Of a stretch of DNA of 64,000 nt, positions 19,485-27,715 are shown piece by piece. Source of the stretch: Dehalococcoidia bacterium (lineage in GTDB: Bacteria > Chloroflexota > Dehalococcoidia > Lucifugimonadales > UBA3495); assembly GCA_964291545.2 (NCBI GenBank), contig OZ219860.1:745786-809785 (forward strand), in the 5' to 3' direction. The stretch's first letter is position 1. Each line of letters starts with the position of its first letter. The notes beneath the pieces were generated by a model that was not told where the DNA came from, did not search any database, and saw nothing but the letters and a program-made list of their open reading frames with translations. The position numbers and the translations under genes are program-made.

Positions 19485-19703
19485 TCACTTCTGGTCTTTG
19501 TTGTGTGCCCTGAGCGGGCTGTGCTTCGGCGGCTTCAACTTTGGGTCGCCATACGTATTCGTCTTGAAAGCAAAGTACGACAGCAGCCTCTCCCCGGGCT
19601 TGTCGCACTGCGGGCACGGCGCCGGGTCGTCCATGTTTGAGATCGGACGCATCAGTTCGTACTCGCTCTCACAGCTATCGCAATAATATTCGTATACTGG
19701 CAT
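19485..19703 (-). CDS. FmdB-family zinc-ribbon protein
   Basis: MPVYEYYCDSCESEYE...CPQC, the CxxC-x(n)-CxxC signature with the characteristic MPxYEY start. Confidence 0.75.
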   Translation of the reverse strand: MPVYEYYCDSCESEYELMRPISNMDDPAPCPQCDKPGERLLSYFAFKTNTYGDPKLKPPKHSPLRAHNKDQK

Positions 19704-19845
19704 AGCTACCCCTCGAAAACCTTCGCGAATTGCCCGGCATCCTTGCCGGTTCCCTTATACCCTCGTCAAACTCAGTTCCTACTTGATTTTACCCCTCCCA
19801 AATCCCCGCCGCCAACCCTCCTGGCCGCCCCTAACATGTCATTCC

Positions 19846-20892
19846 TGTATGTGTTAGCTAATTCATTGACAGATTTTGCAAGGTTTGCAGTGGAGTGTTG
19901 CCTCCAAGGCCCTGGTGGGGTCTCTCGGTGTTGTAGTAGAGGAGGTACTGCATCAGTTCATCCCTCAGCTCGTCCAAGGACTCGAAGGTGGTCCCTTCCA
20001 AGAGGTCCTCATTGAGGGTTCTCCAGAAGCGCTCGACCTTGCCATTGGTCTGGGGTCTGTAGGGCCTGGTGTAGCGGTGCTTGATCCCCAGCTCCATTAG
20101 CATCCTCTCGAAGGGATGCTGGTCCTTACTCTTGTGGGTGGCCACCTCAGGCCCATTGTCGGTGAGTATGGCCTCAAAGCGCACCCCGTACTCGGCATTC
20201 AGCAAGTTGATGCTCTTTAGGGCGGCGAACATCACGCTCAGGCTCTTTATGTCCTCCACCACCTCCGCCCAGGCCAGGCGGGTGCAGGAGTCCAGCAGAG
20301 ACACCAGGTAGTAGCGCTGTCTGGCGCCCAGGATCAGGTCCTTGCTCAGATGGTGGCAGTCCAGATGCCCCAACTCTCCTGCCCTGGCCTTGATGATCCT
20401 TCTTTTGGACTGTTCCATGGGTTTGGTCAACTTGTTCAGGTTATGACGCCGGCTGATAGCGTAGATGGTGGATGGCGCAGGAGTGCGGGACTTCAGTACC
20501 GGCTGGAGTATCGCATATATCTCATACCGATTTATACCTTTACGCCTTAGCTCCAGCACCTTCTCCTCTATGAAAGGCAGCGTGCGGCGGCTCTTCCACC
20601 TGGGGCCGCGCTTGAGAGGCAGTAGAGCTAGGTCACTACCATCTTGCTTGTAGCGGTTGTAATACTTGGCAAAGGTCTGTCGGTTGGTGCCGTGGAAGTT
20701 GTAGAAGTCCTGGACGAAGCGGAACCTGGGGTGTTCCTTCGCCTTGACTTGTTGGTACTCCCGGATGAGAAACCGCCACTTCTGGACATAGTTTCGTTCC
20801 ACTGTACGGTCATTGCTGTTGTTACGCATCCTCGCCTCCAGAATAGCTATTTGTCCCATGCTATTCTGTCAACGAATTATCTGACATCTACA
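19846..20892 (-). mobile_element. IS481-family insertion sequence, copy A (1047 bp), flanked by ATTCC duplication
   Basis: The ends are tgtatgtgttagctaattcattgacag (19846...) and ctgtcaacgaattatctgacatctaca (...20892), forming imperfect inverted repeats of about 27 bp. The flanks read gtcATTCC|IS|ATTCCgagcg. Confidence 0.85.
19858..20859 (-). CDS. IS481-family transposase (rve integrase-core DDE)
   Basis: N-terminal HTH region. DDE contexts are GHLDCHHL, ILTDNGPE and TNGKVERFWRTL. It differs from the 31804..32805 copy by one residue. Confidence 0.9.
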   Translation of the reverse strand: MGQIAILEARMRNNSNDRTVERNYVQKWRFLIREYQQVKAKEHPRFRFVQDFYNFHGTNRQTFAKYYNRYKQDGSDLALLPLKRGPRWKSRRTLPFIEEKVLELRRKGINRYEIYAILQPVLKSRTPAPSTIYAISRRHNLNKLTKPMEQSKRRIIKARAGELGHLDCHHLSKDLILGARQRYYLVSLLDSCTRLAWAEVVEDIKSLSVMFAALKSINLLNAEYGVRFEAILTDNGPEVATHKSKDQHPFERMLMELGIKHRYTRPYRPQTNGKVERFWRTLNEDLLEGTTFESLDELRDELMQYLLYYNTERPHQGLGGNTPLQTLQNLSMN

Positions 20893-21001
20893 ATTCCGAG
20901 CGTAGCCGAGGAATCTCAATCCCCCGCACGCAAGCCGTTACATAGCCTACAGCTAGGCGGCCCGCCCGCCCTCAGTTTGCCCAACCACCCACCCCCACCG
21001 G

Positions 21002-23254
21002 GTGCACACCAGCCACGTCCGTGTTAAACTGCCCTATAGCCGCCGCCGGGAGACCGGGTTGCTACGCATCTACAACACCCTCACCAAGTCCACTGAACAG
21101 GTACAACCCATCCAGCCTGGCCTGGTCCGCATGTACACCTGCGGGCCCACTGTTTACCGTGACGCCCACCTGGGCAACCTCCGGACCTACCTCCTCGCCG
21201 ACTGGATTCGCCGCGTCCTCCAGGCAGACGGCCTCGATGTCCGCCACGTCAAGAACATCACCGACGTCGGCCACATGCGCCAGGACCTGGTCGAGTCCGG
21301 CGGTGACAAGGTAGTTCTCGCCGCCCTTGAAGAGGGCCGCCCCGTATCCGAACTCACCCGGTACTATGCCGACCGCTTCCATAACGACGAGGCCCGCCTC
21401 AACATCCTCCCCGCCCACGAATTCCCTTGGGCCACCCAGCACGTTCCGGAGATGCTCTCCATCGTCGCCAAGTTGCTCGACGAAGGCCGCGCCTACCAGG
21501 CCGGTGGCAACGTCTACTTCGACGTAAGCTCCTTCCCAGACTACGGCAAGCTCTCCCGCAATACCGGCGCCGACCTCCTTGAAGGAGTTCGCGCCGAGGC
21601 CGACCCCCTCAAGCGCGACCCTCGCGATTTCACCCTCTGGAAGGCGGCCGAGCCCGGCCGCGACCTCAAGTGGGACAGTCCCTGGGGCCCGGGCTTCCCC
21701 GGCTGGCACATCGAATGTTCCGCTATGGCTGAGAAATACCTCGGTACGCGCTTCGATATCCACACCGGAGGCGTCGACAACATCTTTCCCCACCATGAAG
21801 ACGAAATCGCCCAGAGTGAGGCCGCCTTCGGCTCTTCCCACGTCAATTATTGGGTCCACGCCCAGCACCTCCTCGTCGACGGCGCCAAGATGGCCAAGTC
21901 CTCCGGAAACGTCTTCCTTATAGACGACCTCGTCTCACGCGGCTTCGACCCCCTTGCTTTCCGCTACCTCTGCCTCACCGTCCGGTACCGCCACCGCATG
22001 AACTTCACCTTCAACGCCCTCCGCTCTGCCGAAAAGGCCCTCACCGGCCTTCGCCACCGTATCTGGCTGTGGAAGCGCCTGCCTACCATCTCCTCGCTTC
22101 CTGCGGAGACCCAACAGTGGTGCGACGCCTTTTGGTCGGCCGCCCACGACGACCTCAACCTCCCCCGCGCCCTCGCCATCGCCTGGCGGCTCTGTGCCTC
22201 GCAACTGCCCGGCCAGGCCAAGCTTTCCCTCCTCCTCGACTTCGACCGCGCCTTTGGTTTGCAGCTCGACTCCGTACCCGCGGCTTACGACCTCCCCCAA
22301 CCCGTCGCCTCCGCAGTCCAGCGCCGCACCGGCCTCCGCTGCCAGGCCCAGTATCCGGCCGCCGACCAAATCCGGTCCGACCTCGACTCTCGGGGCTATG
22401 TCCTCGAGGACACCCCCTCCGATAGCCAGGTCCGCCCCAAGACCGCATTCGAACGCACCCGCCAACCCTGGCCCACCTTCTCCTCCTCTCGCGAAGTCCC
22501 GTCCTTCCTCCACCTACCTTCCCAATACGACTTCACCTTCATCCTCAACGCCCACGGCTACGTCGACGACCTGGACCGGTGCCTGAACAGCGTCGTCAAC
22601 CACTCCCATGGCCACTCTGTGGAGATCATCGCCGTTGATAACGGCAACGGCGCCGGCCAGTGGCTTGAAGACTTCCGCCTTTCCCACCCGTCCATGCGGG
22701 TCATCCACTGCGACCACAACCTAGGCGACGCCGCCGGTAAGAACATCGGCCTAAAGCAAAGCCTCGGCCACCGCATCGTCATCCTCGACAGTTCAATAGA
22801 AGTAGTCGACGCCATTCTCGATCCTATCGCCCGGCAACTGGCCGACCCATCCGTTGGAATATTCGGCCCCTACGGCCTCACCACCAACGACCTCCAGCAC
22901 TTCCACGAAGAGGTCGCCAAGGGCGATGCCGACGCCATGCAGGCCTATTGCATGGCCTTCCGCCGGGAATGTGTCAACACCGTCGGCCTCATGCGCGAAG
23001 CCTTCCGTTTCTACCGCAACCTCGACATCGACTACTCATTCCAATTCAAGGACAAAGGCTTCCGCATCGTAGCCGACGACACCCTGCCCTTGGTCCGCCA
23101 CCAGCACCGCCAGTGGGCCGAATTGGAAGAAAATCAGCGCGACGAACTTAGCCGCAAGAACTTCGGCCGCTTCCTCAAGCGCTGGGGCAACCGTCCCGAT
23201 CTCCTCCTCGCCTCTACCGCCCAAGGCGTAGAAAACGAGCACTCCCACCACTAA
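21002..23254 (+). CDS. cysS: cysteine--tRNA ligase fused to a C-terminal GT2-like (GT-A fold) glycosyltransferase domain
   Basis: CysRS region, aa about 20-478: YTCGPTVY, HLGN (HIGH), WHIECS, HHEDE, KMAKS (KMSKS), DDLNLPRAL, and ADQIRSDLDSRGYVLED. GT2-like region, aa about 509-705 (nt about 22526-23120): FTFILNAHGY, EIIAVDNGNG, RIVILDSS. A TTG at 21059 (LLRIYNTL) is an alternative start. Confidence 0.85.
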   Translation: MHTSHVRVKLPYSRRRETGLLRIYNTLTKSTEQVQPIQPGLVRMYTCGPTVYRDAHLGNLRTYLLADWIRRVLQADGLDVRHVKNITDVGHMRQDLVESGGDKVVLAALEEGRPVSELTRYYADRFHNDEARLNILPAHEFPWATQHVPEMLSIVAKLLDEGRAYQAGGNVYFDVSSFPDYGKLSRNTGADLLEGVRAEADPLKRDPRDFTLWKAAEPGRDLKWDSPWGPGFPGWHIECSAMAEKYLGTRFDIHTGGVDNIFPHHEDEIAQSEAAFGSSHVNYWVHAQHLLVDGAKMAKSSGNVFLIDDLVSRGFDPLAFRYLCLTVRYRHRMNFTFNALRSAEKALTGLRHRIWLWKRLPTISSLPAETQQWCDAFWSAAHDDLNLPRALAIAWRLCASQLPGQAKLSLLLDFDRAFGLQLDSVPAAYDLPQPVASAVQRRTGLRCQAQYPAADQIRSDLDSRGYVLEDTPSDSQVRPKTAFERTRQPWPTFSSSREVPSFLHLPSQYDFTFILNAHGYVDDLDRCLNSVVNHSHGHSVEIIAVDNGNGAGQWLEDFRLSHPSMRVIHCDHNLGDAAGKNIGLKQSLGHRIVILDSSIEVVDAILDPIARQLADPSVGIFGPYGLTTNDLQHFHEEVAKGDADAMQAYCMAFRRECVNTVGLMREAFRFYRNLDIDYSFQFKDKGFRIVADDTLPLVRHQHRQWAELEENQRDELSRKNFGRFLKRWGNRPDLLLASTAQGVENEHSHH

Positions 23255-23294
23255 CCCACCTCCCAGGCCCGACCCTGGCTCCCACCGCCAACAT

Positions 23295-23420
23295 GTCATT
23301 CCGAGCGCAGCGCAGCTGAGAGAGGAATCTAAAACTCCCCCGCACCCAGGCTATCCGTTCGTCCAGAGCCTGTCCTGAGGTCCTCGAAGGGCGAAATCGA
23401 AGGGCGCACGGACAGCCGCC
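23295..23420. repeat. intergenic repeat modules (GTCATTCC module 23295-23338 plus a long hairpin module)
   Basis: gtcattccgagcgcagcgcagctgagagaggaatctaaaactcc, then ggctatccgttcgtccagagcctgtcctgaggtcctcgaagggcgaaatcgaagggcgcacggacagcc. Confidence 0.8.
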
Positions 23421-23609
23421 GTTGCGCAAATGCCCTAATCCCAACCAAACCGTCAAAAATCAATATCCCACGCATCATTCCGACATTACTATCTTTGTCG
23501 CCTATTTGTGAACAATACTTGCACATATCAACAGAATTGCCATGAATTAACATCAATCATCCCCGGTGATACGCCCGATTTACATTACATAATCTATCTC
23601 CAAATTCTC

Positions 23610-23638
23610 TTGACTCCCCTATCCCAGGGTGGTAAATT
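23610..23638 (+). promoter_or_regulatory. candidate sigma70-type promoter upstream of meaB
   Basis: TTGACT (23610-23615), a 17-nt spacer, then TAAATT (23633-23638), at the edge of an AT-rich non-coding stretch. Confidence 0.4.
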
Positions 23639-23695
23639 CCGACAATCACAACGGGTGCACTTTCCCACACCACCGGGACCTGGAGCCCTTACTTC

Positions 23696-24676
23696 ATGGA
23701 GGAACCTGCCCAGAGGCTCTTGTCCGGCGACCGCCGGACCCTTTCCAGGCTCATCACCCTCCTGGAAAAAGGAGACCTCCAAGCAGCGGGAATTCTTGAA
23801 TCGATAGACCCTTACACCGGTCGGGCCTGCGTAATCGGCATCACTGGACCTCCCGGCGCTGGAAAGAGCACCATCGTTGACCGGCTTACCGAGCGCCTGC
23901 GCTCCCAGGGGTTGACCGCCGCCGTGATCGGCGTTGATCCAACCAGCCCGCACAGTGGCGGGGCGTTCCTCGGCGACCGCATTCGGATGCAGCGTCATTA
24001 TTTGGATTCGGGGGTATTCATTCGCAGTGTTGCTTCCAGAGGACAGGCAGGCGGACTCCCCAGGATCGTCAAAGCCGTCATACGTCTCCTCGACGCCTCC
24101 GGATCCGACGTCATCCTTGTCGAGACCGTGGGCGTCGGCCAGTCAGAGTTGGCTATCAGCGACGTTGCCGATACCGTCTTGCTCGCCCTCATGCCAGAGT
24201 CCGGCGACGCTATCCAGGCCCTCAAAGCCGGCGTCATGGAAATCGCCGACATATTCGTGGTCAACAAAGCCGATCTGGATGGCGCCGCACAGATGGCGGC
24301 TGCCGTCACCAGCTCACTTCAATTGGCTCCGGATCAGCCCGACTGGGTCCCGCCAGTGCTGCTCACCGCAGCCCATTCCGGCCAGGGTATCCACGATCTT
24401 TGGGACAAAATCCAAGAGCACCGCAACTACCTGACTTCGACGGCGCTCCTGCCCCAGCGTCGCGCTCAGCGGCGGCAAAGGGAATTTCTTGAGACGGTGG
24501 AGGATGAAATGGCTCGCCGCTTTAGGGAACACGTCAAAAGCGACCCCGCCCTCATTACTGCCTTGACCGAGGTGGCCGAGGGCAAAGCCGAGCCCTTTTC
24601 CGCCGCACTCCGGTTGCTCGACTCCCGCCGTACTCAGGCGGACTGGATCACGCCCCTCTCTGCCGGGCCCGACTAG
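23696..24676 (+). CDS. meaB: methylmalonyl-CoA mutase-associated G-protein chaperone (MeaB/ArgK family GTPase)
   Basis: GDRRTLSRLITLLE N-terminus, P-loop GITGPPGAGKST, VETVGVGQSE, and VVNKADL (NKxD). Confidence 0.88.
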   Translation: MEEPAQRLLSGDRRTLSRLITLLEKGDLQAAGILESIDPYTGRACVIGITGPPGAGKSTIVDRLTERLRSQGLTAAVIGVDPTSPHSGGAFLGDRIRMQRHYLDSGVFIRSVASRGQAGGLPRIVKAVIRLLDASGSDVILVETVGVGQSELAISDVADTVLLALMPESGDAIQALKAGVMEIADIFVVNKADLDGAAQMAAAVTSSLQLAPDQPDWVPPVLLTAAHSGQGIHDLWDKIQEHRNYLTSTALLPQRRAQRRQREFLETVEDEMARRFREHVKSDPALITALTEVAEGKAEPFSAALRLLDSRRTQADWITPLSAGPD

Positions 24677-24787
24677 CGCCCGTAGTACTACTCTCCGGTA
24701 AGCGCCTCCGCATCCCTTCAAGCCCCCGTCACTTGGTGCTCACCTTCAATCCCATCACACCGCCCCTTTGTTGGCTGGAGAAATATT

Positions 24788-25426
24788 ATGGTTATTCTAG
24801 GCGTCGATCTCAGGGCTTCCTCTAAGCATCCTAGCACCGCCGTCGCTTTGGACCGCGAGTCGTCCGTCCTCTTCATGTCCTCATTCAGGCACGACGACGA
24901 GCTTCTCGAACTTGCGGAGGCCCACCAGCCCGAAATGATAACCATCGGAGCCCCCCTTGGCCTCCCCACCGGCATTCATTGCCTTGAGACCTCCTGCTCC
25001 TGCTGCAACGGCGCCCCCCGCCGCAAGGGGCGCCTCCTGGAACTCGAACTCTCCCGTATGGGAATTAGCTGCTTCTTCACCGGCAAGGGTTCCATCATCC
25101 GCAGCCTCGTTTACCGGGGCATCGCCCTCAGCCGCCGCCTGCGCCAGGCCGGCTTTAAGGTCCACGAGACCTATCCCCACGCTACCAAAGTAATCCTGTT
25201 CGGCGACAAAGTCCCCCCAAAGAACAGCGCCGCCAGCGTAGCCTTTATGAAGAGCCACCTCACTCCCCTGGTCAACGGTCTCAGCCCCCACCTCGACGGC
25301 CTCGACCGCAACGGCTGCGACGCTGTCCTCAACGCCTACACCGGTGTGCTCCATGCCCAGGACGCCACCGACGTCCTGGGATCTCCGGAAGAGGGCACCC
25401 TCGTCCTGCCCAAATTGCCCCACTGA
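24788..25426 (+). CDS. DUF429-like protein (predicted RNase H-fold)
   Basis: ILGVDL...TAVA..., ITIGAPLGLP, ETYPHA and CDAVLNAY match the DUF429 pattern as recalled. Not verified. Confidence 0.45.
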   Translation: MVILGVDLRASSKHPSTAVALDRESSVLFMSSFRHDDELLELAEAHQPEMITIGAPLGLPTGIHCLETSCSCCNGAPRRKGRLLELELSRMGISCFFTGKGSIIRSLVYRGIALSRRLRQAGFKVHETYPHATKVILFGDKVPPKNSAASVAFMKSHLTPLVNGLSPHLDGLDRNGCDAVLNAYTGVLHAQDATDVLGSPEEGTLVLPKLPH

Positions 25427-25580
25427 TCCGTCCCCGCGAATCATCGCAACCCTTGTCCCATGCCCCTACGGCCGCCACCGCAGTCGCGCGGCCGCCCGCG
25501 CAGCGATGCAATCCCGGTTCAAGCGCGGCTACAATCGTTTAGACAATAGTTTAGAATAGATACTCAGGAGGCTCGCGGCA

Positions 25581-26156
25581 TTGGAACTCCAGATATTAGC
25601 CAAAAACCTGGAACTAAACGATCAGGTCCGCAACCACGCTTCCCAAAAGCTGGGGCAACTCGGCCGCCAGCTGCCAAGCATTACCAACGCCGTCGTTGAG
25701 CTTGCCTCCGAACCCACCCGCGCCCAGAAAGACCGCGTCGTCGCCCAGGTCACCCTCGATGTCAACGGCGCCATCCTCCGCTCCGAACAGCGCGCCGCCA
25801 ACACCCGCTCCGCCATCAACTCCGCCGCAGAGGTCCTCTCACGCCTCATCGAACGCTACAAGGGCCGCACCTACCGCAGCGAACGCCCGCGTAGATCCCA
25901 GCCACAACCGGTCGAGCCGACTTCTGAGGACCTGCCTCCGGACTCCGCCGAACAAGACTTGGCCCCGCTCCCTGACGGCGACATCGTCCGCGTCAAGCGC
26001 TTCGACATGCCCTCAATGACCGTCGACGAAGCCGCTCTCCAGATGCAGCTTCTCGGCCACCAATTCTTCATGTTCCTCAACAGCGACACCGGTACCCACA
26101 ACGTCCTCTACCAGCGCCGCGACGGCAACCTCGGCCTCATCCAACCCAACCCCTAA
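25581..26156 (+). CDS. hpf: ribosome hibernation-promoting factor, long form
   Basis: YfiA/S30AE-like N-terminal domain (MELQILAKNLELNDQVRNH) plus a C-terminal dimerisation domain (VRVKRFDMPSMTVDEAALQMQLLGHQFFMFLN). TTG start follows AGGAGG. Confidence 0.88.
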   Translation: MELQILAKNLELNDQVRNHASQKLGQLGRQLPSITNAVVELASEPTRAQKDRVVAQVTLDVNGAILRSEQRAANTRSAINSAAEVLSRLIERYKGRTYRSERPRRSQPQPVEPTSEDLPPDSAEQDLAPLPDGDIVRVKRFDMPSMTVDEAALQMQLLGHQFFMFLNSDTGTHNVLYQRRDGNLGLIQPNP

Positions 26157-26269
26157 CGACCCCCGCACCAAACCCGTTGCCCTGCCTAGACTATGCTGAC
26201 CGTTCGCCCTGACCCCGTCCTGAGGCTCTCGAAGGAGGAGCGGACAGCCGGCATGCATGCGGGAGAACA

Positions 26270-26700
26270 ACAGCCGCCCCCGAGCCGGAATCCAGAGCGC
26301 CTGCCCACCAACATCGTGGCATCCCCTGCGGCGCCCCCCCCCAACCGTTCGTTCCCCCGCCCTCACCGCATCCGCCAGGACCCAGCTAGGCTGACCGTTC
26401 GTCCAGAGCCTGTCCTGAGGCTCTCGAAGGGGGAAATCGAAGGGCGCACGGTCAGCCGCCGCCTGTCCTCAGCCAGTCGGAGGTCTATCCAGCCCCCAAC
26501 CCGTCATTCCGGCCCCCGAGCCGGAATCCAGAGCGCCTGCCCACCAACATCGTAGCATTCCCTCCGGCGGTGCCCCAACCGTTCGTCCCCCGCCGTCACC
26601 GCGTCCGCTAGTACCCAGCTAGGCTGTCCGTTCGTCCAGAGCCTGTCCTGAGGCTCTCGAAGGGGGAAATCGAAGGACGCGCGGTCAGCCGCCGTTGCGC
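26270..26700. repeat. tandem duplication, about 236-bp unit x about 2 (GTCATTCCGGC module plus long hairpin module)
   Basis: cgagccggaatccagagcgcctgcccaccaacatcgt starts at 26281 and 26517. Each is followed by ggctg(a/t)ccgttcgtccagagcctgtcctgaggctctcgaagggggaaatcgaagg.cgc.cggtcagcc. Confidence 0.85.
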
Positions 26701-26801
26701 TAAGGCATCCCCTCAAATAAAGAAACCGGGCGACCTCCCCATCCTGGAAAGACCGCCCGGCCCAATCATCCCAAACCTCCACTCTTCAGCGGAGGCCCAT
26801 G

Positions 26802-27683
26802 TCAGCCGCTCTGCTCCTTGCCGTCCCCGCCGCCGTCACCTTGCCCCTGGCCCCCCATGCCCAGGAACGGCGACAGCATCGACGTGAACTCCATCGGGAA
26901 TATCCACTTCGTCGAAGGACTCTCCCCCAGCGACTTCAGCGTGTCGAAATACTGCAGGCTCATGGTCTTCGAGTCCACCGTATTCGCCACCTGGTAGATC
27001 CGGTCCAACGCCCCGCTGAAACCTTCCGCTCGCAGGATCGCCGCCTGCTGGTCACCCTCAGCTTGGAGAATCTCGGACTGGCGTTTCCCCTCGGCTTGCA
27101 GTATCGCCGATTGCTTTTCACCCTCGGCCCTGTTGATTTGGGCCTGCCTCTGGCCTTCTGACTCTGTAATTTCAGCAGTCTTTATGGCTTCGGCCGACTT
27201 CTCCCGCTCCATGGCCGACTTCACTCCGGGAGGCGGGTCGATTTCGTTGATTTCCACCTGCGAGACCTTTACCCCCCATCGCTCTGTAACTTCGTCCATC
27301 CTCACCTGCAGTTGGTCCCGGATCTTTTCCCGTTCCGCCAGCGCTTCAGACAGCGTCGTGGCGCCCACCACCGCACGCAAAGTTGCGAAGGCCAGGTTCA
27401 CCACCGCCAGCTCGAAGTTCTGCACCTCCAGCACCGCCCTTTCGGCCATGCCTTCCAGCACCCGGTAGTAGATGACGAAGTCCATGTCCACCACCACGTT
27501 GTCCGAGGTGATGTACTTCTGGGTCGGCACTCTGGCAACCCGCTCCCGCAGGTCCACCTTCGTCCCGTGGTAGACGATGGGTATCAGGAAATGAAACCCC
27601 GGCCTTCTCAGGCCCACGTAAGTCCCGAACCTCTGCACCACCATCCTCTGGTATTGCTGAACGATTACTATTCCAGCCGACAT
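26802..27683 (-). CDS. SPFH/Band 7 (stomatin-like) family protein
   Basis: The pattern IV.Q.Q..VV.RFG......GPG.HF.IP and a coiled-coil, EA-rich C-terminal half are typical of prokaryotic stomatins. Confidence 0.88.
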   Translation of the reverse strand: MSAGIVIVQQYQRMVVQRFGTYVGLRRPGFHFLIPIVYHGTKVDLRERVARVPTQKYITSDNVVVDMDFVIYYRVLEGMAERAVLEVQNFELAVVNLAFATLRAVVGATTLSEALAEREKIRDQLQVRMDEVTERWGVKVSQVEINEIDPPPGVKSAMEREKSAEAIKTAEITESEGQRQAQINRAEGEKQSAILQAEGKRQSEILQAEGDQQAAILRAEGFSGALDRIYQVANTVDSKTMSLQYFDTLKSLGESPSTKWIFPMEFTSMLSPFLGMGGQGQGDGGGDGKEQSG

Positions 27684-27715
27684 ACAGTCCTCCTCGTTCT
27701 GATTGAAGGGCTTCG

